Source: an uncultured Actinomycetes bacterium
Lineage (GTDB): Bacteria > Actinomycetota > JAICYB01
Assembly (NCBI GenBank): GCA_964560135.1
Contig: CAZLKN010000007.1
Location: 8,418 to 72,417, forward strand
Direction: 5' to 3'
Length of the DNA: 64,000 nucleotides
Position numbers and translations under genes: made by a program
Part shown: positions 53,174 through 63,692 of the stretch, in pieces
Layout: every line of letters starts with the position of its first letter
Numbering within the stretch: the first letter of the stretch is position 1
The notes under the pieces: model-generated
Database searches by the model: none
Told to the model about the DNA's origin: nothing
What the model saw: only the letters and a program-made list of their open reading frames with translations

Positions 53174-53495
53174 CGGCGCGCGGGAACGCGGTGGGTACCC
53201 CGTCCGCCTCGGTGAGTTCATGGCGGGCAACATCGAACGGATCGGCCCCAAGGGCCTCTGGAAGGAGGCCAGGCTGCGCAAAGCCTGGGGCGAGGCGGTG
53301 GGGGCCGAGGTGTCCCTCCACGCCCAGGTGGGGCGGCTCAGAGGGACCACATTGGAGGTTTTCGTGGACAGTGAGGCCTGGGGGACGCAGCTGCGGTACC
53401 TGTCCGCGGTGGTGATAGAGAAGCTGAACCGGGCGCTGGGGGCCGGAGCCGTTTCGGAGATCGTGGTCCGGCGTGCGCGCCGCAGCCGCTCGTGA
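53163..53495 (+). CDS. DUF721 (DciA-type) protein
   Basis: Trimmed to the ATG at 53163, overlapping the recF end. Has the conserved recF-gyrB position and the W-x-x-x-VG...L-V-V-DS-AW-x-x-L-x-x-L pattern. Confidence 0.7.
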   Translation: MSRDGARERGGYPVRLGEFMAGNIERIGPKGLWKEARLRKAWGEAVGAEVSLHAQVGRLRGTTLEVFVDSEAWGTQLRYLSAVVIEKLNRALGAGAVSEIVVRRARRSRS

Positions 53496-53525
53496 CACTG
53501 CCACGTGGTATACTTTCGGGTATGA

Positions 53526-55583
<2,058 letters not shown>

Positions 55584-55584
55584 G

Positions 55585-58086
55585 ATGAGCGCGGACGGCA
55601 ACGGCAGCGACACCCCAACCGGCGGCAACGGCCACGGGCCGGTGGTGATGGGCCTCATCCAGCCCATCGAGATCCAGGAGGAGATGGAGCGGTCCTACCT
55701 GGACTATGCGATGTCGATGCTCCAGGGGCGGGCGATACCCGACGTCCGGGACGGTCTGAAGCCCGTCCACCGGCGGATCCTCTACGGGATGCTCGATGTG
55801 GGTGCCCGGCCCGACCGGCCGCACATGAAGTGCGCCCGGATCACCGGTCACGTGATGGGGCGCTACCACCCCCACGGCAGCCAGGCGATCTACGACGCGC
55901 TGGTGCGTCTGGCACAGGACTTCTCCGTTCGGCACCCGCTGATCGACGGGCACGGCAACTTCGGGTCGCCCGACGATCCACCGGCTGCGGAGCGCTATAC
56001 AGAGGCACGGCTGGCGACGCTGGCGATGGAGATGCTCGCCGGGATCGACGAGAACACCGTCGACTTCACCGAGAACTACACGGGCGAGTTCCAGGAACCC
56101 ACGGTGCTGCCGGCACGCTTCCCGAACCTGCTCGTCAACGGCGGACAGGGGATCGCCGTCGGGATGGCCACCAACATCCCCACCCACAACCTCGGCGAGG
56201 TCATCGACGCCTGCCAGCACGTGCTGGCCCACCCCGATGCCGCCGTCGAGGACCTGATGAAGATCGTGAAGGGTCCCGACTTCCCCACCGGTGCCCTGAT
56301 CCTGGGCCGCCAGGGGATCCACGACGCCTACCGGACGGGCCGGGGCTCGATCAAGCTCCGCGCCCGAGCCGAGATCGAGGAGTCCCGCAAGGGTCCGGTG
56401 GTCGTCGTCAGCGAACTGCCTTACCAGGTGAGCCCGGGCGCCGTCGGCCTGAAGATCAAGGACCTCGTGGACGCCAAACAGCTCGACGGCGTCCGCAACG
56501 TCAACGACGAGTCGGCCCGCGGGAACACGCGTCTGGTCATCGAGCTGAAGCGCGACGCGAACGCCAACGTCGTCCTGAACAACCTCTACAAGCACACCCC
56601 GCTGCAGACGACCTTCGGCGTGAACATGGTGGCCCTGGTCGACGGGATCCCGCGCACCCTCAACCTGCTCCAGGCGGTCACCGCCTACGTCGACCACCAG
56701 ATCGTGGTGGTGCGGCGCCGGTCGGAGTTCCGGCTGGAGAAGGCCCTGGCCCGAGCCCACATCATCGAAGGGCTCTTGAAGGCCCTCGACATGATCGATG
56801 CGATCATCGCCCTGATCCGGGGATCCGACGACCGCGAGGCGGCCCGCGAGGGACTCATGGCCGAGCCCTTCTCCTTCAGCGAGGTGCAGGCCAACCACAT
56901 CCTGGACATGACGCTGGCCCGGCTCACGCGCCTCGGCCGCTCCCAGCTCGAAGAAGAGATGGCGCAGCTGCGCGAGACCATCGCCGAGCTCGAGGCGATC
57001 CTGGCCGATGAGGACAAGCTGCGCACCGTGATCCGTGAGGAGCTCGCCGAGGTCCGTGAGAAGTACGGCAACGAACGCCGCACCGAGCTCACGTTCGATC
57101 CCGGCGAGATGGACATCGAGGACCTGATCGACGACGAGGAGGTCGTCGTGGTCCGCACGAAGGCCGGGTACGTGAAGACGGTGGCCGCCGACGCCTTCAA
57201 GCGGCAGGGTCGCGGGGGCCGCGGCGTGGCGGGGGCGAAGCTGCGGGATGAGGACTTCGTCACCGACATCATCTACACCTCAACCCACGCGCATCTGCTG
57301 TTCTTCTCGAACCAGGGCCGCGTGTTCCGCCTGCGCGCCTACGAGGTCCCGATGAAGGAGCGCACCGCCCGCGGGATGGCGTTGGTGAACCTGCTGCCGC
57401 TGGGCCCGGAGGAGTTCATCCAGGCGGTGATCGCGACCACCGACTTCCCGGAGGACCACTACCTGTTCTTCGCCACCAAGCACGGGCAGGTGAAGAAGAC
57501 CGTCTTCGCGGAGTACGACAAGAGCCGCCGCGAAGGGTTCATCGCGATCAGCCTGAAGGACGGCGACGAGCTCGTGAGAGTCATCCCGACCGACGGCGAC
57601 GCCGACATCCTCATGGTGTCACGCCTCGGCATGACGATCCGGTTCACGGAAGAGGACGTTCGTCCGATGGGTCGCGGCACCGCGGGTGTCCGCGGGATGA
57701 AGCTGCGCAAGGGCGACGAGGTCGTGTCCTGCGACGTGGCCCGCGACGACGCCAGCATCCTGATCGTCACCTCGGCGGGGTACGGCAAGCGCACCCAGCT
57801 CGACCGGTTCAACAAGCAGGGCCGGGGCGGGCAGGGGGTCCGCGGGATCAAGCTCACGGAGAAGAAGGGTTACGTGGTGGCGGCCTTCATGGTGGCGCTC
57901 GACGACGACGTGGTCCTGATCTCGTCCGGCGGGGTGACCGTCCGCATCCAGGTGCGCGAGATCTCCTCGCAGGGACGCGACGCGACCGGCGTCCGGTTGA
58001 TGAACGTGGACGCCGGTCAGACCGTCGCTTCCGCGGCCCCCGTCCTCAGCACCGAGGACGACGAGGCCCTTACCCCCTCGCCTTAA
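55585..58086 (+). CDS. gyrA: DNA gyrase subunit A
   Basis: RAIPDVRDGLKPVHRRILYGM, active-site region AAERYTEARL, and C-terminal beta-pinwheel repeats. Confidence 0.95.
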   Translation: MSADGNGSDTPTGGNGHGPVVMGLIQPIEIQEEMERSYLDYAMSMLQGRAIPDVRDGLKPVHRRILYGMLDVGARPDRPHMKCARITGHVMGRYHPHGSQAIYDALVRLAQDFSVRHPLIDGHGNFGSPDDPPAAERYTEARLATLAMEMLAGIDENTVDFTENYTGEFQEPTVLPARFPNLLVNGGQGIAVGMATNIPTHNLGEVIDACQHVLAHPDAAVEDLMKIVKGPDFPTGALILGRQGIHDAYRTGRGSIKLRARAEIEESRKGPVVVVSELPYQVSPGAVGLKIKDLVDAKQLDGVRNVNDESARGNTRLVIELKRDANANVVLNNLYKHTPLQTTFGVNMVALVDGIPRTLNLLQAVTAYVDHQIVVVRRRSEFRLEKALARAHIIEGLLKALDMIDAIIALIRGSDDREAAREGLMAEPFSFSEVQANHILDMTLARLTRLGRSQLEEEMAQLRETIAELEAILADEDKLRTVIREELAEVREKYGNERRTELTFDPGEMDIEDLIDDEEVVVVRTKAGYVKTVAADAFKRQGRGGRGVAGAKLRDEDFVTDIIYTSTHAHLLFFSNQGRVFRLRAYEVPMKERTARGMALVNLLPLGPEEFIQAVIATTDFPEDHYLFFATKHGQVKKTVFAEYDKSRREGFIAISLKDGDELVRVIPTDGDADILMVSRLGMTIRFTEEDVRPMGRGTAGVRGMKLRKGDEVVSCDVARDDASILIVTSAGYGKRTQLDRFNKQGRGGQGVRGIKLTEKKGYVVAAFMVALDDDVVLISSGGVTVRIQVREISSQGRDATGVRLMNVDAGQTVASAAPVLSTEDDEALTPSP

Positions 58087-58871
58087 GCCCAGAACGCGAG
58101 CCTGCTGACGAGCCTGGTCATGAGCAGCAGTAGCGTTTCGAGGAACGATGGCCCCTCTGAGCCGTCGCCGTCGCCGTCGCTGGAGTTCGGTGTGGTGTCG
58201 GGAGCCGGCTCGGTGGACTCTTCGACCGCTTCCGTCTCCTGTGTCTCCTGTGCGCGGCTCGGCTCGGCTGGCCGCTGCGGGGCCGATTCGGCCCGACGGG
58301 CACGGCTTTCCTGCGCCGCCGTCGGGGTTGCGGGCGCGGGCGCGACCGGCTCGGCTGTGGGCTGCGGCTTCGGGGTCGCCGGAGCCGGGGTCGGCTGCGG
58401 TGTCCAGTCGGCGAAGTTCTGCGTGAAGTAGAGCTGCCCGCCGGCGGCACGGACGGCACCGATCCCGATGATGTTCACGTTGCTCTTCAGGATGTTGGCC
58501 TTGTGCTTGGAGGACTTGTAGAAGGCCTCCTGGACCGCCTCGGTGGTGGGACCGACGCCGACGTTCTCAGCGATCAGGCGCCATCCGGGAATCGCCTCGT
58601 CCGCGTCCCGTGCGAGGTTCGGGTTGTGGTACAGGTGCTCCTCGGCGGCCATCCGGCTCGTGTGTCTGCGGGCCACACCCTGCAGCGCCGCGTTGACCGT
58701 GAGAGCGTGCAGGCCGTGCTGCGCCCGGTAGTCGTTGACCATGGCCAGCATCTTGTTCTCCTCCTCGGTGAGGTAGGTTCCGGCGGATGCCGGAGCTGCG
58801 ACCGAGACGCCGACGGTGGCGGAAAGCGCGAACAGCAGAGCGATTGAGAGCGTGCGGAAGCAAGCGCGCAT
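58083..58871 (-). CDS. Secreted CAP/SCP (PR-1-like) domain protein with Pro/Glu-rich tail
   Basis: Signal peptide ...ALSATVGVSVAAPASA. CAP motifs NDYRAQHGL, HYHNPN-like (LYHNPN) and ENVG...SSKHKANIL. Confidence 0.75.
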   Translation of the reverse strand: MRACFRTLSIALLFALSATVGVSVAAPASAGTYLTEEENKMLAMVNDYRAQHGLHALTVNAALQGVARRHTSRMAAEEHLYHNPNLARDADEAIPGWRLIAENVGVGPTTEAVQEAFYKSSKHKANILKSNVNIIGIGAVRAAGGQLYFTQNFADWTPQPTPAPATPKPQPTAEPVAPAPATPTAAQESRARRAESAPQRPAEPSRAQETQETEAVEESTEPAPDTTPNSSDGDGDGSEGPSFLETLLLLMTRLVSRLAFWA

Positions 58872-59106
58872 GACAACACCCCTCCAAGGGTTCGGGTTCC
58901 TGTGCGACGTTCCGGATCTCGTCGGATCCGGGTGGTGCAGGCACCCGTTTCCTCGTCGTGGTCGTGGCGGCGCTGAAGAGAAATCCCCCGGAGGTGTGGG
59001 AGGGGGTAGTCTCCCGGACCAGTCCCCGACTACACGTGTCCTGCAGACGGGTGGTCACACGCATTCCCCCGACGAGGGGATGGCCGGTCGTGGTTCCCTG
59101 GATCCC

Positions 59107-59523
59107 ATGGGATACGAGGTGATCGAGCACACGGCCGACCTCGGAATCAGGATCTGGGCCCCCGACCTCGACGCCCTGTTCGCGCAGGCGGCGGCGGCGC
59201 TCGTGGCCGTCATGGGCGAGGCGACCGGACCGTACGTCCACCGCGAGCAGATCGCCCTGGATGCCCCCGATCGGGAGGCGCTGTTGGTCGACTGGCTCTC
59301 GGAGATCCTCTTCCTGTTCGAGGCGCGCGGTGTCGCGCCCGGGGAGGTGGAAGTGAAGATCGCCGCGGGCCAGCCGTGGCGGCTCACCGCGACGGTGCGG
59401 GGCCCGGACGCGGCGGAGGGGTTCAGCCAGCACGGCCCCCAGGTGAAGGCCGTCACCTACCATGCGCTGGAGGTTCGCGACTCGCCGGGCGGGGTAGAAG
59501 CTCGCGTATACCTAGACGTATGA
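59107..59523 (+). CDS. Archease (RtcB activator)
   Basis: MGYEVIEHTADLGIRIWA and VKAVTYHALEV. Its stop overlaps the rtcB ATG (ATGA). An alternative start exists at 59080. Confidence 0.8.
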   Translation: MGYEVIEHTADLGIRIWAPDLDALFAQAAAALVAVMGEATGPYVHREQIALDAPDREALLVDWLSEILFLFEARGVAPGEVEVKIAAGQPWRLTATVRGPDAAEGFSQHGPQVKAVTYHALEVRDSPGGVEARVYLDV

Positions 59524-60956
59524 GCACGCTGACGCGCATCGACAGAGACATCTGGGAGATCCCGGCCCGCGAGGGCATGCGCGTACCCGGTCGCGTCTTC
59601 GCCTCCGAAGCGCTCATGGACAAGGCCTCCGAAGACCGCGCCGTGGATCAGGTCGCCAACGTCGCCCACCTGCCCGGCATCGTCGGTTACTCGTTCGCGA
59701 TGCCCGACATCCACTGGGGCTACGGGTTCCCGATCGGCGGGGTCTGCGCCACCGACGTGGACGAGGGCGGGGTGATCTCCCCCGGCGGCGTCGGCTTCGA
59801 CATCTCCTGCGGCGTGCGGCTGGTCCGCACCGACCTCACGCTGGACGACGCCGCTCCCAAGATGGCCGACCTCGTGCGCGAGCTCGGACGGATCCCCCGC
59901 GGCGTGGGCGGCAAGGGTCTGATGCCCCTGGATCGCAGCGAGATGCCGAAGGTGCTGCGCGAGGGCATCGGCTTCCCGCTGTCCCGCGGGGTGGGCTGGG
60001 AGGAGGACGTCGAGGTCTGCGAGGATCACGGACGCCTCGAGGAGGCCGACCCGGACGTGGTGTCCGACAAGGCGATCGAGCGCGGCGCGCCCCAGCTCGG
60101 CTCCCTCGGCGGCGGCAACCACTTCCTCGAGATCCAGGCGGTGGAGCGGGTGATCGAGCCGGTGGCCGCGGAGCGTTTCGGGCTGGCCGAGGGGCAGATC
60201 GTGGTGATGATCCACTGCGGGTCCCGCGGGGTGGGACACCAGGTGTGCACCGACGAGGTGCGCACGATGGACCGGACGATGCGGGAGCACGGCATCGAGG
60301 TGCCCGACCGGCAGCTCGCCTGCGTGCCGGTGTCCTCGCCGCAGGGTCGGCGCTACCTGGGTGGGATGGCTGCCGCCGCCAACTACGGACGGGCGAACCG
60401 TCACGTGATCACCGACGGCGTCCGGAACGCCTTCGCGCGCACCTTCGGCAGCGACGCGCGCGCGCTCGGGATGCACGTGGTCTACGACGTCAGCCACAAC
60501 CTGGCGAAGCTCGAGCGCTACACGGTGGACGGACGTGAGCGGCAGCTCTGCGTGCACCGCAAGGGCGCCACCCGGGCTTTCGGGCCCGGCCACCCGGAGC
60601 TGCCCGAGCGCTACCGGGACGTCGGCCAGCCGGTCATGATCCCGGGCAGCATGGGGACCGCGTCCTACGTGCTGGTGGGCACCGCCGAGGGCCGGGATGT
60701 GGCCTGGTGGTCGACGTGCCACGGGGCCGGGCGGCTGATGTCTCGGAAGGCGGCCGCGAAGCACATGCACGGCCGTGAGCTGCGGGACCAGCTCAAGCAC
60801 CAGGGGATCCTCGTGCTGTCCAAGGAGCTGAAGCTCCTGGCCGAGGAGGGACCCTACGCGTACAAGGACGTGTCCGAGGTCGTGGAAGTGTGCGAGCGTG
60901 TGGGTCTGTCCAAACAGGTGGCCCGGCTGGTGCCCCTCGGCGTCGTGAAAGGGTGA
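59520..60956 (+). CDS. rtcB: RNA 3'-phosphate ligase RtcB
   Basis: Trimmed to MSTLTRIDRD. MPDIHWGYGFPIGGV, GGGNHFLE, HCGSRGVGHQ and HNLA motifs. Confidence 0.9.
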   Translation: MSTLTRIDRDIWEIPAREGMRVPGRVFASEALMDKASEDRAVDQVANVAHLPGIVGYSFAMPDIHWGYGFPIGGVCATDVDEGGVISPGGVGFDISCGVRLVRTDLTLDDAAPKMADLVRELGRIPRGVGGKGLMPLDRSEMPKVLREGIGFPLSRGVGWEEDVEVCEDHGRLEEADPDVVSDKAIERGAPQLGSLGGGNHFLEIQAVERVIEPVAAERFGLAEGQIVVMIHCGSRGVGHQVCTDEVRTMDRTMREHGIEVPDRQLACVPVSSPQGRRYLGGMAAAANYGRANRHVITDGVRNAFARTFGSDARALGMHVVYDVSHNLAKLERYTVDGRERQLCVHRKGATRAFGPGHPELPERYRDVGQPVMIPGSMGTASYVLVGTAEGRDVAWWSTCHGAGRLMSRKAAAKHMHGRELRDQLKHQGILVLSKELKLLAEEGPYAYKDVSEVVEVCERVGLSKQVARLVPLGVVKG

Positions 60957-60960
60957 AAAG

Positions 60961-61317
60961 GTGAGCGCACCCGCAGAGCCCGTGGAGCGTCGCGTCGTCC
61001 GGAGGCTGGACACGGGGTCCGTCGCCCGCGTGGCCTTCGCCTTCTCGATGACGCTCGTGGCGATCCTGCTCGTCGGGTTCGTGGCCCTGTACCTGCTCGG
61101 AGCGGCTTCGGGGGCCCTGGCGGGGGTGGAGTCGTTCATCTCGAGCCTCGGCTGGGCCGATTTCCAGTTCCGGTTCGCGGCGGTCCTCGGTCTGACCCTG
61201 CTGCTGGGGCTGGCCGGGGCGCTGCTGTTCACGCTGCTGACGGTGGTGGGGGCCGCCCTGTACAACGTGCTCGCGGAGCTCGTCGGGGGGATCGAGGTCG
61301 TCTCCCGCGACCGGTGA
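60961..61317 (+). CDS. DUF3566-like transmembrane protein (the conserved post-gyrA gene of actinobacteria)
   Basis: GTG start. RRLDTGSVARVAFAFS is followed by two TM segments and ALYNVLAELVGGIEV. Confidence 0.65.
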   Translation: MSAPAEPVERRVVRRLDTGSVARVAFAFSMTLVAILLVGFVALYLLGAASGALAGVESFISSLGWADFQFRFAAVLGLTLLLGLAGALLFTLLTVVGAALYNVLAELVGGIEVVSRDR

Positions 61318-61357
61318 GCGCGTACCCCGCTGGCGCAGGTAGACTGGATGCTCTCCC

Positions 61358-61431
<74 letters not shown>

Positions 61432-61545
61432 CGAGGGTTCCGAGACGCAAGCGCCGAGGGGAAGAGAGATTCCTCGCGGGTTTGCCGTCGACCCCAAACC
61501 GCCTGGAAGCCTCCCGGTGGTCACCCCATAGACGTGGGAGGACCG

Positions 61546-62376
61546 ATGTTCATCTTCCGGGTGTTGTGCGCGATGCTTCTTATCGGTGTCGCGGCGGCGT
61601 GCGCGGGGGAGCCGGATGGACCCGCCGCAGGGACGGCAGATCCGGCAGCGACGAGAACACGTGTCGGCGATCCGACGCCTGGCGGTTCACCGTCGACGGG
61701 TGATCGTGCAGGTCGGGAGCTCGGTCAGGACGAGCCGGAAGGTCGAGGAGAGCCCCCGAGCGAGCCCCGGACCCGTTCGGAACAACCAGCGTGCGGGCCC
61801 GAAGCGTCCGGGGGAGTCGCCGGAAAGGGCTCCAGCCGCGATGCGATAACGGTCACCCAAGCGCAGGATTGGATGCCCTACCGACCGTTCTACGTGCACG
61901 ATCCGTGTGAGGCTACGGGATCCGGCCGTGTATTGCTGCTGGGCCTCGGGGCGGCGCAATGGGACGAAGGGAAACCTCGGGTGCGCTACACGGCTTCCAT
62001 CTGGCAAGATCCATCGGCCGAGTTTCCCAGCTACCGGAGCCTGGATCTTGTGGGCCAGGGGTCCATCGTGTTCGAGTCGGCCATGCACACGCGCTCGGCC
62101 CGCGGCGAGTTCTTGTATCCGTCCTACGACGACTACGAGCCGATCATGGTGCGTGGGGACACACGCGCGTACCTTCGGGAGAGCTACGTGGCCTGCGAGG
62201 AGATGGAAGACCGTGAATCCTGGCAAGGATGCGGTAACCATGACGTGCGCAGCATCTTCTGGTCAACGGATCTGCCGACCGGAGGACAGATCATCTACCG
62301 GTCGTACTCGGATCCGACGATCCACGAACTGGAGCAGATCCTGGCCGGCATCGACCGGCTCGTCCAGGTCGACTGA
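61546..62376 (+). CDS. Predicted lipoprotein, unknown function (276 aa)
   Basis: Trimmed to the ATG at 61546, preceded by GGGAGG. Lipobox-like MFIFRVLCAMLLIGVAAAC. An acidic linker precedes a Cys-containing globular part. Confidence 0.6.
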   Translation: MFIFRVLCAMLLIGVAAACAGEPDGPAAGTADPAATRTRVGDPTPGGSPSTGDRAGRELGQDEPEGRGEPPSEPRTRSEQPACGPEASGGVAGKGSSRDAITVTQAQDWMPYRPFYVHDPCEATGSGRVLLLGLGAAQWDEGKPRVRYTASIWQDPSAEFPSYRSLDLVGQGSIVFESAMHTRSARGEFLYPSYDDYEPIMVRGDTRAYLRESYVACEEMEDRESWQGCGNHDVRSIFWSTDLPTGGQIIYRSYSDPTIHELEQILAGIDRLVQVD

Positions 62377-62537
62377 AATCGCAGCGCCCTCGAGCCCGAG
62401 CGAGCAGATGAGGGCGTCGGGTAGGAGATTCCCCGACGACGCACGGGCCAGGGTCGTCGGCTATCTTGGGAGCCGAACGGTCGGCCGGCGTTCAGAGCGG
62501 CGTGACCGGATTCACGAGAGGTGGCGGGAGGTAGAGG

Positions 62538-62696
62538 ATGGCGAAGAAGAAGCAGTGGTTCCTGTTGGGTGCGCTCGGAACCCTCGTGGGCTTGGCCGTG
62601 AAGGCCCTCAAGGGCCGGCGGCAGGAGCACGTGGAGCTCGGCCGCTGGGAGGAGCCGCCCCCCGCCACGAGCGAAGGCGAGGAAGCAGCCTCGTAG
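62538..62696 (+). CDS. Small single-pass membrane protein (52 aa), below the ORF-track cutoff
   Basis: Translated by hand: MAKKKQWFLLGALGTLVGLAVKALKGRRQEHVELGRWEEPPPATSEGEEAAS. The SD GGGAGG lies upstream. Its position between tRNA-Ile and tRNA-Ala and its architecture recall, from memory only, the small actinobacterial DLW-39 family. Confidence 0.4.
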   Translation: MAKKKQWFLLGALGTLVGLAVKALKGRRQEHVELGRWEEPPPATSEGEEAAS

Positions 62697-62713
62697 CCGT
62701 CCTTCGCCCTTCC

Positions 62714-62786
62714 GGGGATGTAGCTCAGGTGGTAGAGCGCCGCCTTTGCAAGGCGGAGGTCAGGGGTTCGAATCCCCTCATCTCCA
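62714..62786 (+). tRNA. tRNA-Ala (anticodon TGC)
   Basis: Folded by hand: acceptor GGGGATG/CATCTCC with the G3:U70 alanine identity pair, anticodon stem CCGCC/GGCGG with loop TTTGCAA, T stem AGGGG/CCCCT. 73 nt. Confidence 0.95.
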
Positions 62787-62839
62787 CGTTCGCAAGCATT
62801 CGAACCAGCGCCCGGCCGGCTCGTCGCCGTCGGGCGCTC

Positions 62840-62867
62840 GTATATACGCATCTTCGCTGATATATAC
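62840..62867 (+). promoter_or_regulatory. Candidate vapBC promoter/operator (two TATATAC boxes)
   Basis: GTATATAC (62840..62847, palindromic) and GATATATAC, with TATATAC cores 20 nt apart. They end 8 nt before the vapB ATG, in otherwise GC-rich DNA. Confidence 0.4.
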
Positions 62868-62874
62868 TTTCGCC

Positions 62875-63069
62875 ATGAAGAAGCGTCTGGTCGAGATTGA
62901 CGAGGCGGCCCTGGCGGCCGCTCGGGCCGAGCTGGGGACCCGGACCATCAAGGAAACGGTCAACGAGGCGCTCCGGCGGGCGGGTCGCGAACGGGATGCC
63001 GAAGTCGAGCGCGCGCTCGACGTGCTCTCCAGCGCTCGGATCACCGATCGTGAGGACGCGTGGCGCTGA
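62875..63069 (+). CDS. vapB: Type II antitoxin, VapB family (64 aa)
   Basis: MKKRLVEIDEAALAAARAELGTRTIKETVNEALRR matches the N-terminal pattern of VapB (DUF2191-type) antitoxins. It overlaps the toxin gene by 10 nt. Confidence 0.7.
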   Translation: MKKRLVEIDEAALAAARAELGTRTIKETVNEALRRAGRERDAEVERALDVLSSARITDREDAWR

Positions 63070-63473
63070 CCCATCTGGTCGACACGAGCGTCCTCAACAG
63101 GCTGCAGCACGAGAAGGTCCGCGGGGTGGTGCAGCCGTTGGCCGAGACGGGACGGCTCGCGCGAGCCGGGATCTCCGATCTGGAGATCGGGTTCTCAGCG
63201 AGGAACGCTCGTGAGTGGGACCGGTTGATCGGGGCGCTCGCGGTCTTCGCCCTCATCGAGACGACGGTCTTGCATGTCCGGCGCGCTCGCCAGGTGCAAC
63301 GGCTGCTCGCCTCGAAGAGCCAGCGCGGACGGAAGATACCCGATCTTCTCGTCGCGGCAGCCGCCGAGGAGGCCGGTCTGATCGTTCTTCACTACGACGC
63401 CGACTTCGACCAGATTTCACGAGCTACCGGCCAACGATGTGAATGGGTCGTGCTCGCGGGCAGTATCGATTGA
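63060..63473 (+). CDS. vapC: Type II toxin, PIN-domain ribonuclease VapC
   Basis: GTG start. The acidic PIN residues sit in LVDTSV, ISDLEIG, IPDLLVAAAA and HYDADFD. Confidence 0.8.
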   Translation: MALTHLVDTSVLNRLQHEKVRGVVQPLAETGRLARAGISDLEIGFSARNAREWDRLIGALAVFALIETTVLHVRRARQVQRLLASKSQRGRKIPDLLVAAAAEEAGLIVLHYDADFDQISRATGQRCEWVVLAGSID

Positions 63474-63498
63474 CCCGCTTCGGGTGTGGTCCGGCCCC

Positions 63499-63526
63499 CT
63501 TGACCGGCCGCCGGATGGGCCGATAC
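63499..63526 (+). promoter_or_regulatory. Candidate promoter for the downstream sigma-factor gene
   Basis: TTGACC, 16 nt, GATACT, about 165 nt upstream of the GTG start. Confidence 0.3.
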
Positions 63527-63692
63527 TCCGGGTGTTCCTCGGGCGGAGGTCCGCCTTCGTGTACGTAGTCCCCCGGTAGCCCGACTAGTCCTTTTGGACC
63601 CCCCAAAACCCCCCGGCAACCCTATGGGCGGAGGTCTGAGGTCTGCGTACGGTGGGAATGCCTGTAAGGACACCGTACGAGGAGGGTTCGCC

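Noticed and set aside
58872-59106. Possible c-di-AMP (ydaO-type) or other riboswitch in the leader of the secreted CAP-domain gene
   Set aside because: The leader has GC hairpins (GTAGTC...GACTAC) and ACGGG/CCCGA-like bits. It lacks the conserved ydaO core segments I remember (GGGGUGAAUC, CAGCUAACCUCGUAAGC), so the call is not supportable by eye.
62787-63692. Integrated mobile element at tRNA-Ala
   Set aside because: No integrase, transposase or direct repeat of the tRNA 3' end is seen downstream. Only the small vapBC pair is present, so I report it as a TA insertion rather than a mobile element.
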